A DNA stretch of 64,000 bases. Source: Stylophora pistillata. Lineage: Eukaryota. The stretch covers positions 1,666,083 to 1,730,082 of the forward strand of contig NW_019217790.1 in NCBI RefSeq assembly GCF_002571385.2, given 5' to 3'. Numbering within the stretch: position 1 is the first letter of the stretch; every line of letters begins with the position of its first letter. The notes beneath the pieces were generated by a model. That model ran no database searches. It saw only the letters and a program-made list of their open reading frames with translations, and was not told where the DNA came from. The position numbers and the translations under genes are program-made. This document shows, piece after piece, positions 38,001-48,955 of this stretch.

Positions 38001-38200
38001 ACTTTTGAATAATTCGTAAAAAAGCAATGAAGGATATCCTTCACAGTATCATTCCACCTTGATTGTTCATATCTAGGAAAAAACTCCTCATTCCAGTTGA
38101 ACCTCGCACAACTATCAATTAAAGCATTTTGCTCCTTCGACGGGTGAACCATTTTGACAAGTGAAACGATTAGAAAGAAGAACAAATACTCGCACAACAT
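32016..38200 (-). CDS. GluR0/iGluR-like ion channel with K+ selectivity filter, paralog A; 7 exons, about 439 aa
   Basis: Exons 37769-38200, 36635-36729, 35952-36108, 35249-35312, 34146-34426, 32899-33076, 32016-32128, GT-AG, phases 0/2/0/1/0/1, open to TAG. Signal peptide MLCEYLFFFLIVSLV; M1 WELLVLCIIATMLSGIVIWFL; pore [26 protein letters not shown]; inner helix VYASLWMIIGMLLMSTITAQISSSIT; VGVPLGS and EYSTESALLKGLMDGKVDKIWLFD; last TM FVLLAFAGILVTFLLIGSL. Confidence 0.85.
33250..33680. repeat. (CCCT)n microsatellite spanning an assembly N gap
   Basis: CCCT repeats flank both ends of about 390 Ns. Confidence 0.9.
35000..35150. mobile_element. Nested small hairpin MITEs; the inner family recurs at 36241-36297 and about 38868
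   Basis: Inner CCTCGTTCCCAGGGCCTTTTCC ... GGAAAAGGCCCTGGGAACGAGG; outer ATCCCGTACCCAGAC ... ATCTGAGTACGAGAT. Confidence 0.7.
35496..35678. mobile_element. Palindromic MITE
   Basis: TAGACCACTTTCATAAATGGCTGCCGG ... CCGGCAGCCATTTACGAAAGTGGTCTA, with arms pairing over about 70 bp. Confidence 0.85.
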
Positions 38201-39027
38201 TTTGGCGCAGGAGACAGCCCGCACGTTCTGTTGATTCTCGGTGGAAGCAGTGTTTAAGGACCAGTAAGCGCAAAGCAGTTATTAAAAGTACCTCGTTATG
38301 CAACCGACAGATGTTTCAACGGAACTGTTTTTTCTCTGATCTAATTGCACGCATTTGAGTCTTGGCAGGAAACCTTCAGAATGAGATATGGCATCACTAT
38401 AATAAAACACTGTCAAGTTTTGTTTTAAATGTCAGAATCTCATGCATTGGGGGGCATTTCTTTTTCAGATCTTTACAAGAGATCTCTTTGTCTCTGCAAG
38501 CACAGACTTCATTAATTTCGGAAGTAGGTCTATGTTAGGACATGGGCAGGCGGAAGACAGTTCAGCGGCAATCGAGGCAGATTTGTCACTAGTCTTTCGC
38601 TTCTGTCCATCACCCAACAACCAAAAAGCAGACAAAATATCAACAAAAAACACCTTTGTTGATGACTACCTTTAGAATATATTGAATGTCACGTTTTTCC
38701 AAAAAAAACACGCAAAAAGCGGGGGGTGGAATGGCCATAGTAGCCGGTTCCGTTGGGGAGAGTAGCCGCCAGAATTCGCCGGTTGCCGGTTTCTAATGAA
38801 ATCTCTGTACAAGTATGTGCCGGCAACTGTAGGGTATGGTTTTCAGGATCTTGAATTTAACTTTTAGCCCTCGTTTCCAGGTTCTCTCCTCTTCCCAACG
38901 CCTGGAGCGAAAGGAAGAGAGAGAGTCTGGTCGGGGTTGTTCACTTTTTGACGTTAAACCGCGTTGTTGACCCCGTTGTCAACCAATTTTGTCACCAAAT
39001 CGTAGCATCCGCGGAAACTTACCAATA

Positions 39028-39835
39028 ATTTGCATATTTCCAGATTTTCACATTTCCCGACTACCAAACAAAGATACATGTAAGAAAGCTCAAGACTTAT
39101 TTGCATATTTCCACATTTCCACAATTCCAGACTACTAAGTTAAGATGAACAAGAGTAACTTAAAGACTTGTTTGTGCATTTGCATATTTCCACATTTCCA
39201 CATTTCCAGACTACCAAGTAATAATAATATTAATAATCATAATAATAATGGTTTATTAATAGATCCACTGGGTGGCTCTTAACTGTTTAAGTACATCAAT
39301 TGCAATTAAAAATAAATCAAAATAAGCCACGGATTAACAGAATCGAAATTACAGTATAACTAACTAACCACTCTGTACTCTGTTATATGAAAGATTCCCT
39401 GAAATTTTTAAAAAGGTTTTGTAATCTTTTTTTGTTTCTAATAGTTTCTGGTAGATTGTTAAATAGTTTCGATGCATTATCTTGGAAAGTGGCGTTGTCG
39501 GTCGGGACCACTAATCTAATTGAATTGCTTGAGCGTAGTTCCTTGCTGCATTCCTGTTTTATTATTTCAAGTAGGTTATTATTCTAAGTAAAGATAAAGT
39601 GAGTAAGCTTAATACTTATTGGAAAATTTCCAGATTTTCGCAATTCCACATTTCCAGACTACCAAGTTAAGATACATGCGAGCAGGCTTAAGACTGCATT
39701 TCCACATTTCTAGACTACCAAGTTGAGATACTTATGAATAAACTAAAGACTTATTTGAATATGCATATTCCATATTTCCATATTTCCACGTTTAAAATTT
39801 CTAGAGTATTAAGTTAATATACACGTGAGTAAGCT
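39028..39835. repeat. Degenerate minisatellite of about 60-70 bp, interrupted by a LINE fragment
   Basis: Recurring TTGCATATTTCCACATTTCCAGACTACCAAGTTAAGATA units on both sides of 39221-39585. Confidence 0.8.
39221..39585 (-). mobile_element. 3' fragment of a CR1/L2-group LINE with a (TTA)n tail
   Basis: Minus strand reads NLLEIIKQECSKELRSSNSIRLVVPTDNATFQDNASKLFNNLPETIRN, then a 3'UTR and trinucleotide tail; AAGTA on both flanks. Confidence 0.7.
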
Positions 39836-40495
39836 AATCTTTACACTTTTCAGTTTTTAAACCTAAAAAAATATAACTAGTTATGGTGGACACAATTCCA
39901 AATTATACATTTTCACGTCTCAGGATTACTCGGAGGTGATTAATTTTATGTCTACTCTAGCTTGTTGCCGCCAAAATTGTGATGTTATTTGTTATCAAAT
40001 ACGTATTCTTTTTTTTCTTTCCGTCACATTTTCACCAAGTTCGTTTGTTTTCGTTAAGTTCGTTTGTTTCTTTTCATCGCATTTTCGTTAAGTTGGTTTG
40101 TTTCTACGCTCAATGTTTTCTACGGTATTCCCTTACCTTTTTTTTAATAACTTCTCTTTGTTTGCATATCCGTGTAAGTTCTTCTGTGTAAGTTTTTAGC
40201 CTTTCGAGCTTTATCGTTAAACCGTGTTCAACCATCGCTTTTCGGTTTTTTGTATCGTCTCAAGTTAGTTCGTAATTCTTGAACAATGTCGGCGATGGAA
40301 ACGCAAAAAGCGGCAGAGGGTAGTCAAAACAAAAAAAACATAAACGACTCTCGTGAGTTTATTGTGCTACAAACACAGTTGGCTTTCTTTCCCGGCTCTC
40401 GAAGTTAACAAGTCATTCTTAATTCTTAATAAAGCGAAATCTTTTTGCAATGTAATAAATCCTTTATTAACCAAGCTTGTTCGGTCAGGATGGCA

Positions 40496-40533
<38 letters not shown>

Positions 40534-40765
40534 TTGACCAGCAAAACAAGGACTCGGCCAATATCCAGCTATCTTGACCTCACGCTTGGTCGATAACGCA
40601 TATTTATTGTGCATCATTTTGTCTTCTAGTTTGTCAAATTATTTCGGTATAATTGAAGTAAGTTGTTGTTTGTAATTTTATTTTAGCAACCGCTTCGCTT
40701 CATTTTAATGTATTTGTTAAATTAATGAGTGTGTATCCGTTGACATGTGCGAGGGTTTTTGGCCA

Positions 40766-43700
40766 TCACACCTCTATCTCATGGTCAAGTGATGGTGTTG
40801 AAAGTTCCCTCACGCGCACTTTACTACTAATACTCGCTCTCAGTTCGGTGTCAGACACTCCTTTTTCGATATCAACATCTGAAATACAAATACAACAGCG
40901 ATATGTCAGTTCTACGCGGAACTGGCATTTAATAGGGTGAGTTGAGGACGTCATATACCTGCTGGTATTGGTGGTCAATGTATTCCCATGATGGTAAATT
41001 TTGGCCCCGGCCGCCAGGGGAATTTTAATCAGCTATGCATATGCAGGCATCAGTCCTTCGCGATTTAAAAGAGACGCACATACAGGCAGCTGGTGGAGTC
41101 AGCAGAAAACTGCAGCGAAATTTTAGAGTTTCATTGTGAACCTGAGAAAATTCTCCGAGGTTGTTTGCAGCGGGCCATCAGTAACCTGGACATGCAAATT
41201 AAAATCACCAGCACTCTTCCTCGTCATGTAATTTTTTTTCTCGAGAAAACCAGCTACCTATTGCCTAAAAATAGTTTTGGATAGATACTCTGTTAAAATA
41301 AGCTCTTTTTTAAAAGTTTAGTTACTTTAATTGAACATCTCTTAGTAAGGTATTCCTATCAGTATAGAGAAAATCCCGGTCAAGAGAATATTAAAGGAAA
41401 AAAATGATGTGTACCGATACATACCATCTGCTTTCCGTGTCTTCTTCATGTAAACATTCCAAAGGTAACCGATCAACAAGAAAATGACGAGAATGCCAGC
41501 AAAAGCCAGTAGAATGAAGAGGTTGGGTTCAACTCCGCGCTCAGATGACCCTTGCTTCATATTATGTCGGTTTTTTCCATGGCTGTACTTTTCAAAACAG
41601 GAATTCTGAAAAATATGGGAATATATCTGAATTATTAATCCGAATAATACCTAATTTCAAAATTATACGAGGCCAGCGGCACATACCCAGAAACAATTGA
41701 CCCAAAATCTCCCCGCTCCCGCCCCTCCCCCCACCCCCCCAAGTGCAAATGCCGGTGAATTTAGTCGCCCAAATATCTGACAAGCTAGAAAATCGAATTC
41801 CTTAATTAAGTCAATCGAACGTGGGGATCGATGAGATTCTCAATTCCTACATTGATGGATATGCTAAGCCATTTGAGCCGATCACCGTGACTAGATTTTA
41901 GAATCTCCTGGCGTATTTTAATTGTTTAGAAACCTGCATATCCTCGCGCTCATCGTCCCGGTCATAATCTCCCATCTCCTCATGCTCGTAAGATTTCCTG
42001 GTTTCACGTTTAGTTGTCTGAAAACAGTGTTCTAGGTCTTTGTATCCTTCTTGCACCGTAAAATTCACCGTGACGTTCAAATATCCTTCAAATACGTCAA
42101 CTATCGTCAAGCGAGGAAGCTTTTTTTCCATTTCCTCGGTGTCACAGTCGAATAGCATTATCATAGCTACGTTATCATTCATCAGGCCGTTTAGGAGTTC
42201 GCTTTCTGTGTGATATTCTGCAAGAAATTCAACCAAGTTAAATAGGTACATTCTTGCTGATATCAAACATACTCAAATTATTGAATCAATTTTGTTCGGT
42301 GGTAATTTCTGGTTGTGGTCCACATATTAGCAGCCATCCTGAACATGCACACAATGATGTTTAGAAATCCCCCTACATCCAGGGAATAATTGTTCTTCAC
42401 AAAAAGCTACAATTGTCCTTGCCCTCGAGATACATTAGTATCTTAGCTGGCTGCTCAGTATGGGGTTTGCTGGATGCAGTTTTCGATGCAAAAGGCAGCA
42501 ATTTTAAACATACTTTACCATGAAACAAAAACAAGAAAAAAAGTGTCCAGGTTTACTCACCTTTCACAATGGCTCCCCTATCATTTCTCTCAAAAAGTTT
42601 TTTAACTCCCGAGGGAACACCAATCTATGAAAAATTCAGTTAAGATGAAGTATTTATTCACTTCATCACATTGCAAACGTTCTCTTTTTCGAATTGGCTT
42701 TAGAGATTGATCATACAGGCGCGATTTAAGCATTTGGGTGGAGCGAACGAGAAGTTACAAGACCTTTACAGCTATATTTTGAATCTGGGAACAGTTTAGC
42801 ATGATAGAGAACCTCGAAAAAAGTGATAATAAAACCAAGAAGGAACAAGGATGCATGAGGACGTAGAGGATTAAACTGACTGTAAATGAAAGACTTAAAT
42901 GAGTGCTCATTAAGGCAATAATCTAAAGATGCACAAACTATGACGTAGCTCCTTCTAAAATACTTAATTCTTATTAACCGAGCGGAAGGTCTGTATGGGA
43001 GAATCTTGACCGAGGTCGCCAGTACAGACCGAACGTAGTGAGGTCTGTACCAGCGACCGAGGTCGGTTAATGAGATGTTCATTATATGGCTGTGTCTTAT
43101 ATGCCAATTTTTTATATTCTTTGTATCGTTTTTTTCTAGACCGGTCTAGTTGCCTGTCTAGATGGGAAAATCTAGACCGCTTTCAATATTGATTTCAGCC
43201 AATCAAATTCGGGAGTTCGGTAGTTCCCAGTCTTTGTGAGACACAGCCATATAATAATATGCAATAGGAAACATTTCGACGCTGAACTTATTAGTAAAGT
43301 AAGTAAAATACGAATAAATTTTTCATTGAAATTCAACAGGTGTTCTGAATTTTGAGTTGTTGAAAATAGCGATTATTACAAGCAACAACATACACAGTCG
43401 CAGAACAAGTACATTCATGTAATGGGACACGACATGTTCTCCAAATTTCCGTTGCGGAAAGAGGAAGTCATAAACAACTGAAAATCATCCTCTACAGGCC
43501 ATAAATGAACTACATTTAGCCAATGCGACTCCAGCAAGCAACGTTAATTAAGTGTTACCTCGTACCTTATCTCCAAACATGTCATCTAAGCGGTGGAATC
43601 CCTCAGCAGTAACGGAGGAGGAGATCTGGGCTGTAATGGTTGACATCATCAACATTCCGATGATCATCCAAAGTGAAGCATACACCTGAGCCCGCGATGA

Positions 43701-46700
43701 TTTAGGAACTTTGTCACTATACCTACCAAGTCAGTAATAAAAATACAAATATGAAGTATCATAAAAAGAGACCTCATGATTACGTCACTTGCGTGGTCGT
43801 GAAAAAACTGGGTACGAGTTTAATCGACCATATTAGATGACAAGACAGAGCACAAGACAGTATCACAACCTTTGCAGGTTCTTACCCCACAGTTGTCATG
43901 GTAACCACTGCCCACCACCATCCGTCTCGAACACCTCTCCAAAACGAGTTCGGAAAATGGCCTGAGTTTGCTTTGTAATCCTGTGAAAAAAATCTGTGGT
44001 TGTTAGACTGAAAGAACACTTAAAGTTACCTCGATCGATATATCAACTGATGCATCGATCCATATATTGATCGTTACTCGACTGACACTCGATCGACACT
44101 CGACGGACACTCGATCGACACAACCGCTTCGCTTCATTTTAATGTATTTGTTAAATTAATGAGCGTGTATCCGTTGGACATGTGCGAGGGTTTTTGGTCA
44201 TCACACCTCTATCTCATGGTCAAGTGATGGTGTTGAAAGTTCCCTCACGCGCACTTTACTACTAATACTCGCTCTCAGTTCGGTGTCAGACACTCCTTTT
44301 TCGATATCAACATCTGAAATACAAATACAACAGCGATATGTCAGTTCTACGCGGAACTGGCATTTAATAGGGTGAGTTGAGGACGTCATATACCTGCTGG
44401 TATTGGTGGTCAATGTATTCCCATGATGGTAAATTTTGGCCCCGGCCGCCAGGGGAATTTTAATCAGCTATGCATAAGCAGGCAACAGTCCATCGCGATT
44501 TAAAAGAGACGCACATACAGGCAGCTGGTGGAGTCAGCAGAAAACTGCAGCGAAATTTTAGAGTTTCATTGTGAACCTGAGAAAATTCTCCGAGGTTGTT
44601 TGCAGCGGGCCATCAGTAACCTGGACATGCAAATTAAAATCACCAGCACTCTTCCTCGTCATGTAATTTTTTTTCTCGAGAAAACCAGCTACCTATTGCC
44701 TAAAAATAGTTTTGGATAGATACTCTGTTAAAATAAGCTCTTTTTTAAAAGTTTAGTTACTTTAATTGAACATCTCTTAGTAAGGTATTCCTATCAGTAT
44801 AGAGAAAATCCCGGTCAAGAGAATATTAAAGGAAAAAAATGATGTGTACCGATACATACCATCTGCTTTCCGTGTCTTCTTCATGTAAACATTCCAAAGG
44901 TAACCGATCAACAAGAAAATGACGAGAATGCCAGCAGAAGCCAGTAGAATGAAGAGGTTGGGTTAAACTCCGCGCTCAGATGACCCTTGCTTCATATTAT
45001 GTCGGTTTTTTCCATGGCTGTACTTTTCAAAACAGGAATTCTGAAAAATATGGGAATATATCTGAATTATTAATCCGAATAATACCTAATTTCAAAATTA
45101 TACGAGGCCAGCGGCACATACCCAGAAACAATTGACCCAAAATCTCCCCGCTCCCGCCCCTCCCCCCACCCCCCCAAGTGCAAATGCCGGTGAATTTAGT
45201 CGCCCAAATATCTGACAAGCTAGAAAATCGAATTCCTTAATTAAGTCAATCGAACGTGGGGATCGATGAGATTCTCAATTCCTACATTGATGGATATGCT
45301 AAGCCATTTGAGCCGATCACCGTGACTAGATTTTAGAATCTCCTGGCGTATTTTAATTGTTTAGAAACCTGCATATCCTCGCGCTCATCGTCCCGGTCAT
45401 AATCTCCCATCTCCTCATGCTCGTAAGATTTCCTGGTTTCACGTTTAGTTGTCTGAAAACAGTGTTCTAGGTCTTTGTATCCTTCTTGCACCGTAAAATT
45501 CACCGTGACGTTCAAATATCCTTCAAATACGTCAACTATCGTCAAGCGAGGAAGCTTTTTTTCCATTTCCTCGGTGTCACAGTCGAATAGCATTATCATA
45601 GCTACGTTATCATTCATCAGGCCGTTTAGGAGTTCGCTTTCTGTGTGATATTCTGCAAGAAATTCAACCAAGTTAAATAGGTACATTCTTGCTGATATCA
45701 AACATACTCAAATTATTGAATCAATTTTGTTCGGTGGTAATTTCTGGTTGTGGTCCACATATTAGCAGCCATCCTGAACATGCACACAATGATGTTTAGA
45801 AATCCCCCTACATCCAGGGAATAATTGTTCTTCACAAAAAGCTACAATTGTCCTTGCCCTCGAGATACATTAGTATCTTAGCTGGCTGCTCAGTATGGGG
45901 TTTGCTGGATGCAGTTTTCGATGCAAAAGGCAGCAATTTTAAACATACTTTACCATGAAACAAAAACAAGAAAAAAAGTGTCCAGGTTTACTCACCTTTC
46001 ACAATGGCTCCCCTATCATTTCTCTCAAAAAGTTTTTTAACTCCCGAGGGAACACCAATCTATGAAAAATTCAGTTAAGATGAAGTATTTATTCACTTCA
46101 TCACATTGCAAACGTTCTCTTTTTCGAATTGGCTTTAGAGATTGATCATACAGGCGCGATTTAAGCATTTGGGTGGAGCGAACGAGAAGTTACAAGACCT
46201 TTACAGCTATATTTTGAATCTGGGAACAGTTTAGCATGATAGAGAACCTCGAAAAAAGTGATAATAAAACCAAGAAGGAACAAGGATGCATGAGGACGTA
46301 GAGGATTAAACTGACTGTAAATGAAAGACTTAAATGAGTGCTCATTAAGGCAATAATCTAAAGATGCACAAACTATGACGTAGCTCCTTCTAAAATACTT
46401 AATTCTTATTAACCGAGCGGAAGGTCTGTATGGGAGAATCTTGACCGAGGTCGCCAGTACAGACCGAACGTAGTGAGGTCTGTACCAGCGACCGAGNAAG
46501 ATCGGCGTCTGAATCAATTTGGAACGGCTATTTCAATTTGGAACGGCTCACCCGTTCTTCCCGCCTGGCTTGGCCGAGAATTTCGCCTGTAGAACGCCTT
46601 TGGAACGGCTTTAATTCAGACGCCGTACTTTTCATGTGCCGATCCTAATGCATAAATTGTTGTAATGTGTTTTGCAAGCAATTTGACTGGTTTTACTGGA

Positions 46701-48138
46701 ACTGAATCTGGAACGGCCGAAAAGAACGGCGTCTGAATCAGCAGGCGTACTTTTGTTAATTTGGGTCGGTCCAAATTCGAATTGAGTTCGGCTCATGAAA
46801 AGTTCGGCGCCTGAACCGGGCCTCATTGTCATGGTGAGTTTTTCTCCAACGTTTACTTAAATGTTTAGCTTTGCTTCGTTTTAGATCATTAACCATATAT
46901 TTCTCCTTTGCACAATGCAGAAGTCATCTAGTTTCTACTTTACACTCATCTAGTTTCTACTTTACACCGTCAATGGAAATTTGAAAACTGGCTTGAAAAT
47001 GTTGACTTTAATTGTTATTTATATTCTTCGTCTGAGTTAAGCTCTTCTTGGAATTGGAAATGAATTGAAAAAATCCGTGAACAGAGTTTGGATTTAAAAC
47101 TAAATTTCAGTCTAAGACAAAAGCAGTTAACATACTCAGAAATAACTTCAGATAATCGATATGAAATCCACTTCGTTAGATGTTTTTTCATATGGATCAG
47201 TAACAACTGGCGAACAGCGCTAACTAAGATATTATAAGTTTAGGACCTAACGGTAAAGATTAACTATCAGAGGGTTGCAATAGGGTCATGGCTTTTACGG
47301 CTAACAGTTAAAACTTGGGCCATTATACGACTGATGGTTAACCCAAAATGACACAAAATGATAATATCTAGAAAGGAAAAATTTTTACCTTTAACTTTTG
47401 TTACTACTAGGGGATGTAACTTTTTATTTTTTAACGCCTAGCGGCTAAATTTTCTGGCCGATTACGTCTAACGGTTATCCCCATTGAGAACTTCTTATCA
47501 ATATCTTACTGCATATTAAAAAGAACGTGATTATCTGCACCATGAAGAAAGGAACCAAATTATTCGGATGAAAAAATTCTCCATTTTTGGTTTTGCACAA
47601 CCTCTGACCGATATATTATTCGAATGATCAATCTTTCTAATGCAATACAGCGAGGAAAGAAAAGAGACTTCTAGATACCTACCAAAAACCAGATGATAAT
47701 TCCTGACAGCATGGCTGCTATTATGCAAAGAACAAGAAGCTCCCATATTTGTGCAAATGCGTGAACAATTTGACGGCCGAGGGTAAACGATTCTTCTCTG
47801 ATGGCTAATACAGAAGAGAACTCCATTTCCATAGGTTTAGAATTTGAAGAGTTAGAAAAGAGTTGAAATGTTATATTTACAATCGGATCGTTACAACCTC
47901 CAATCGTTTCATTTAATTTTGAATTATTTGCAATGCAGTCATCAAGGATCATTTTCACCATGTGGATCAAGGTAGTTTGCTTATCTCTAGAAGAAAACCA
48001 CTCCTTCCAGTTGAACCTCATACAATTGTCTTCTGAAGTATATTGGTCCTTCGACGGATAGGCCTCTTTGACATGTGAGACGATTAGAAAGAAGAGAAAA
48101 TACTCGCTCGACATTTTGGCGTTGGAGACAGCCCACAT
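40766..48138 (-). CDS. GluR0/iGluR-like ion channel, paralog B, filter TVGYSD; about 449 aa if exon 1 splices across the duplicated block
   Basis: Exons 47683-48138, 43886-43980, 43566-43722, 42561-42624, 41934-42217, 41425-41605, 40766-40878, with the same phases as paralog A. Pore [19 protein letters not shown]; C-terminus DHEIEV*. The exon 1-2 linkage is uncertain because of the duplication and the N at 46497. Confidence 0.7.
42970..43072. mobile_element. MITE-like repeat (TTATTAACCGAG family) in a channel intron; its duplicate ends at the N gap
   Basis: CTTATTAACCGAGCG...GGTCGGTTAAT; resembles the termini at 14.7, 23.4 and 40.46 kb. Confidence 0.55.
44121..46496 (-). pseudogene. Near-identical (over 99%) duplicate of 40687-43061 carrying channel exons 4-7, with a nonsense change in exon 6
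   Basis: Offset 3434-3435 bp; GAA>TAA at 44963-44965 and TTT>TCT in the last TM; ends at a single N (46497). Confidence 0.7.
46498..46820. mobile_element. Interspersed repeat/MITE with CGGCGTCTGAATCA subrepeats; a related remnant lies at about 33780-33845
   Basis: Repeated CGGCGTCTGAATCA and TTTGGAACGGC motifs, plus an inverted TTCAGACGCCG. Confidence 0.6.
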
Positions 48139-48379
48139 CCTTCTGTTGATTCCTAGAGGCAGCAGTGTTTAAGGACCAGTAAAATAAAAGCATTTATTAT
48201 TAGCACCTCGTCATACCAGCGACAGATGTTTTAAAGAAACTGTTTTTACTCTGACGTTATTACACGAATTAAAAGAATCGTGGCGAGAAAACCTCAGAAT
48301 GAGGAGCTTTGAGATGAATATCTAAATATGGCATCAAAATATTAATATTAGTTGTGTTGAAAAAGTGTTCTTGTGCTAC

Positions 48380-48640
48380 AAGCGCCCGGGGCGCTTATTA
48401 AATTTTCTAAGGCGAGAGGGGGGGTCGCTTATTTCGTTTATACTATTTAACAACGTCACATTTCATTTAAAGAACCGTATAGACCGTATACATCTCGTAC
48501 ATCTTACCGAGTACCGAAACTCGTTTTTTCTCGGGGGATGGGGGGGGGGCGCTTATCACAAATTTTGAACCTTAGGAGGGGCGCTAATTCGAAACGGGGC
48601 GCTTATTTGAAGCTGGGCGCTAATTGTAGCATTCACGGTA
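48380..48640. mobile_element. MITE remnant with GGGCGCTTATT subrepeats, between channel B and the SLC5 gene
   Basis: Multiple GGGGCGCT(T/A)ATT motifs, ending CACGGTA. Confidence 0.55.
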
Positions 48641-48955
48641 TATGGAAAGTTTAGTCTCTCTTGTCACAAACCGTTTGAACGCATTTTCAGCAGGTAGTCA
48701 AAAAAAAAATCTCTGGACAGATGCAATGGGAACTCTACTCTACTAACAAAAAACAGGGATAAAGAGACGGAAAACGTCAAATTAAATCATTCGAAGAGAA
48801 TGCGGTAATCGAATCGGTCAGTCTTGTGACTTTTTCGCGAGCTCGGGTTCACTGAAAGACAATTCACTATGGCGTACACGACATGCGTGTACAGGTATAT
48901 AAATCACGCAGAGTGATTTTGAACCATATCGCGGAGGCTTGCTAAGACTTGCATC

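Noticed and set aside
32016-48138. Calling the channels bacterial contamination or standard Kv/K2P/Kir genes
   Set aside because: They have spliceosomal introns and host repeats, a single pore, no S4, T1 or Kir domain, and an N-terminal signal peptide
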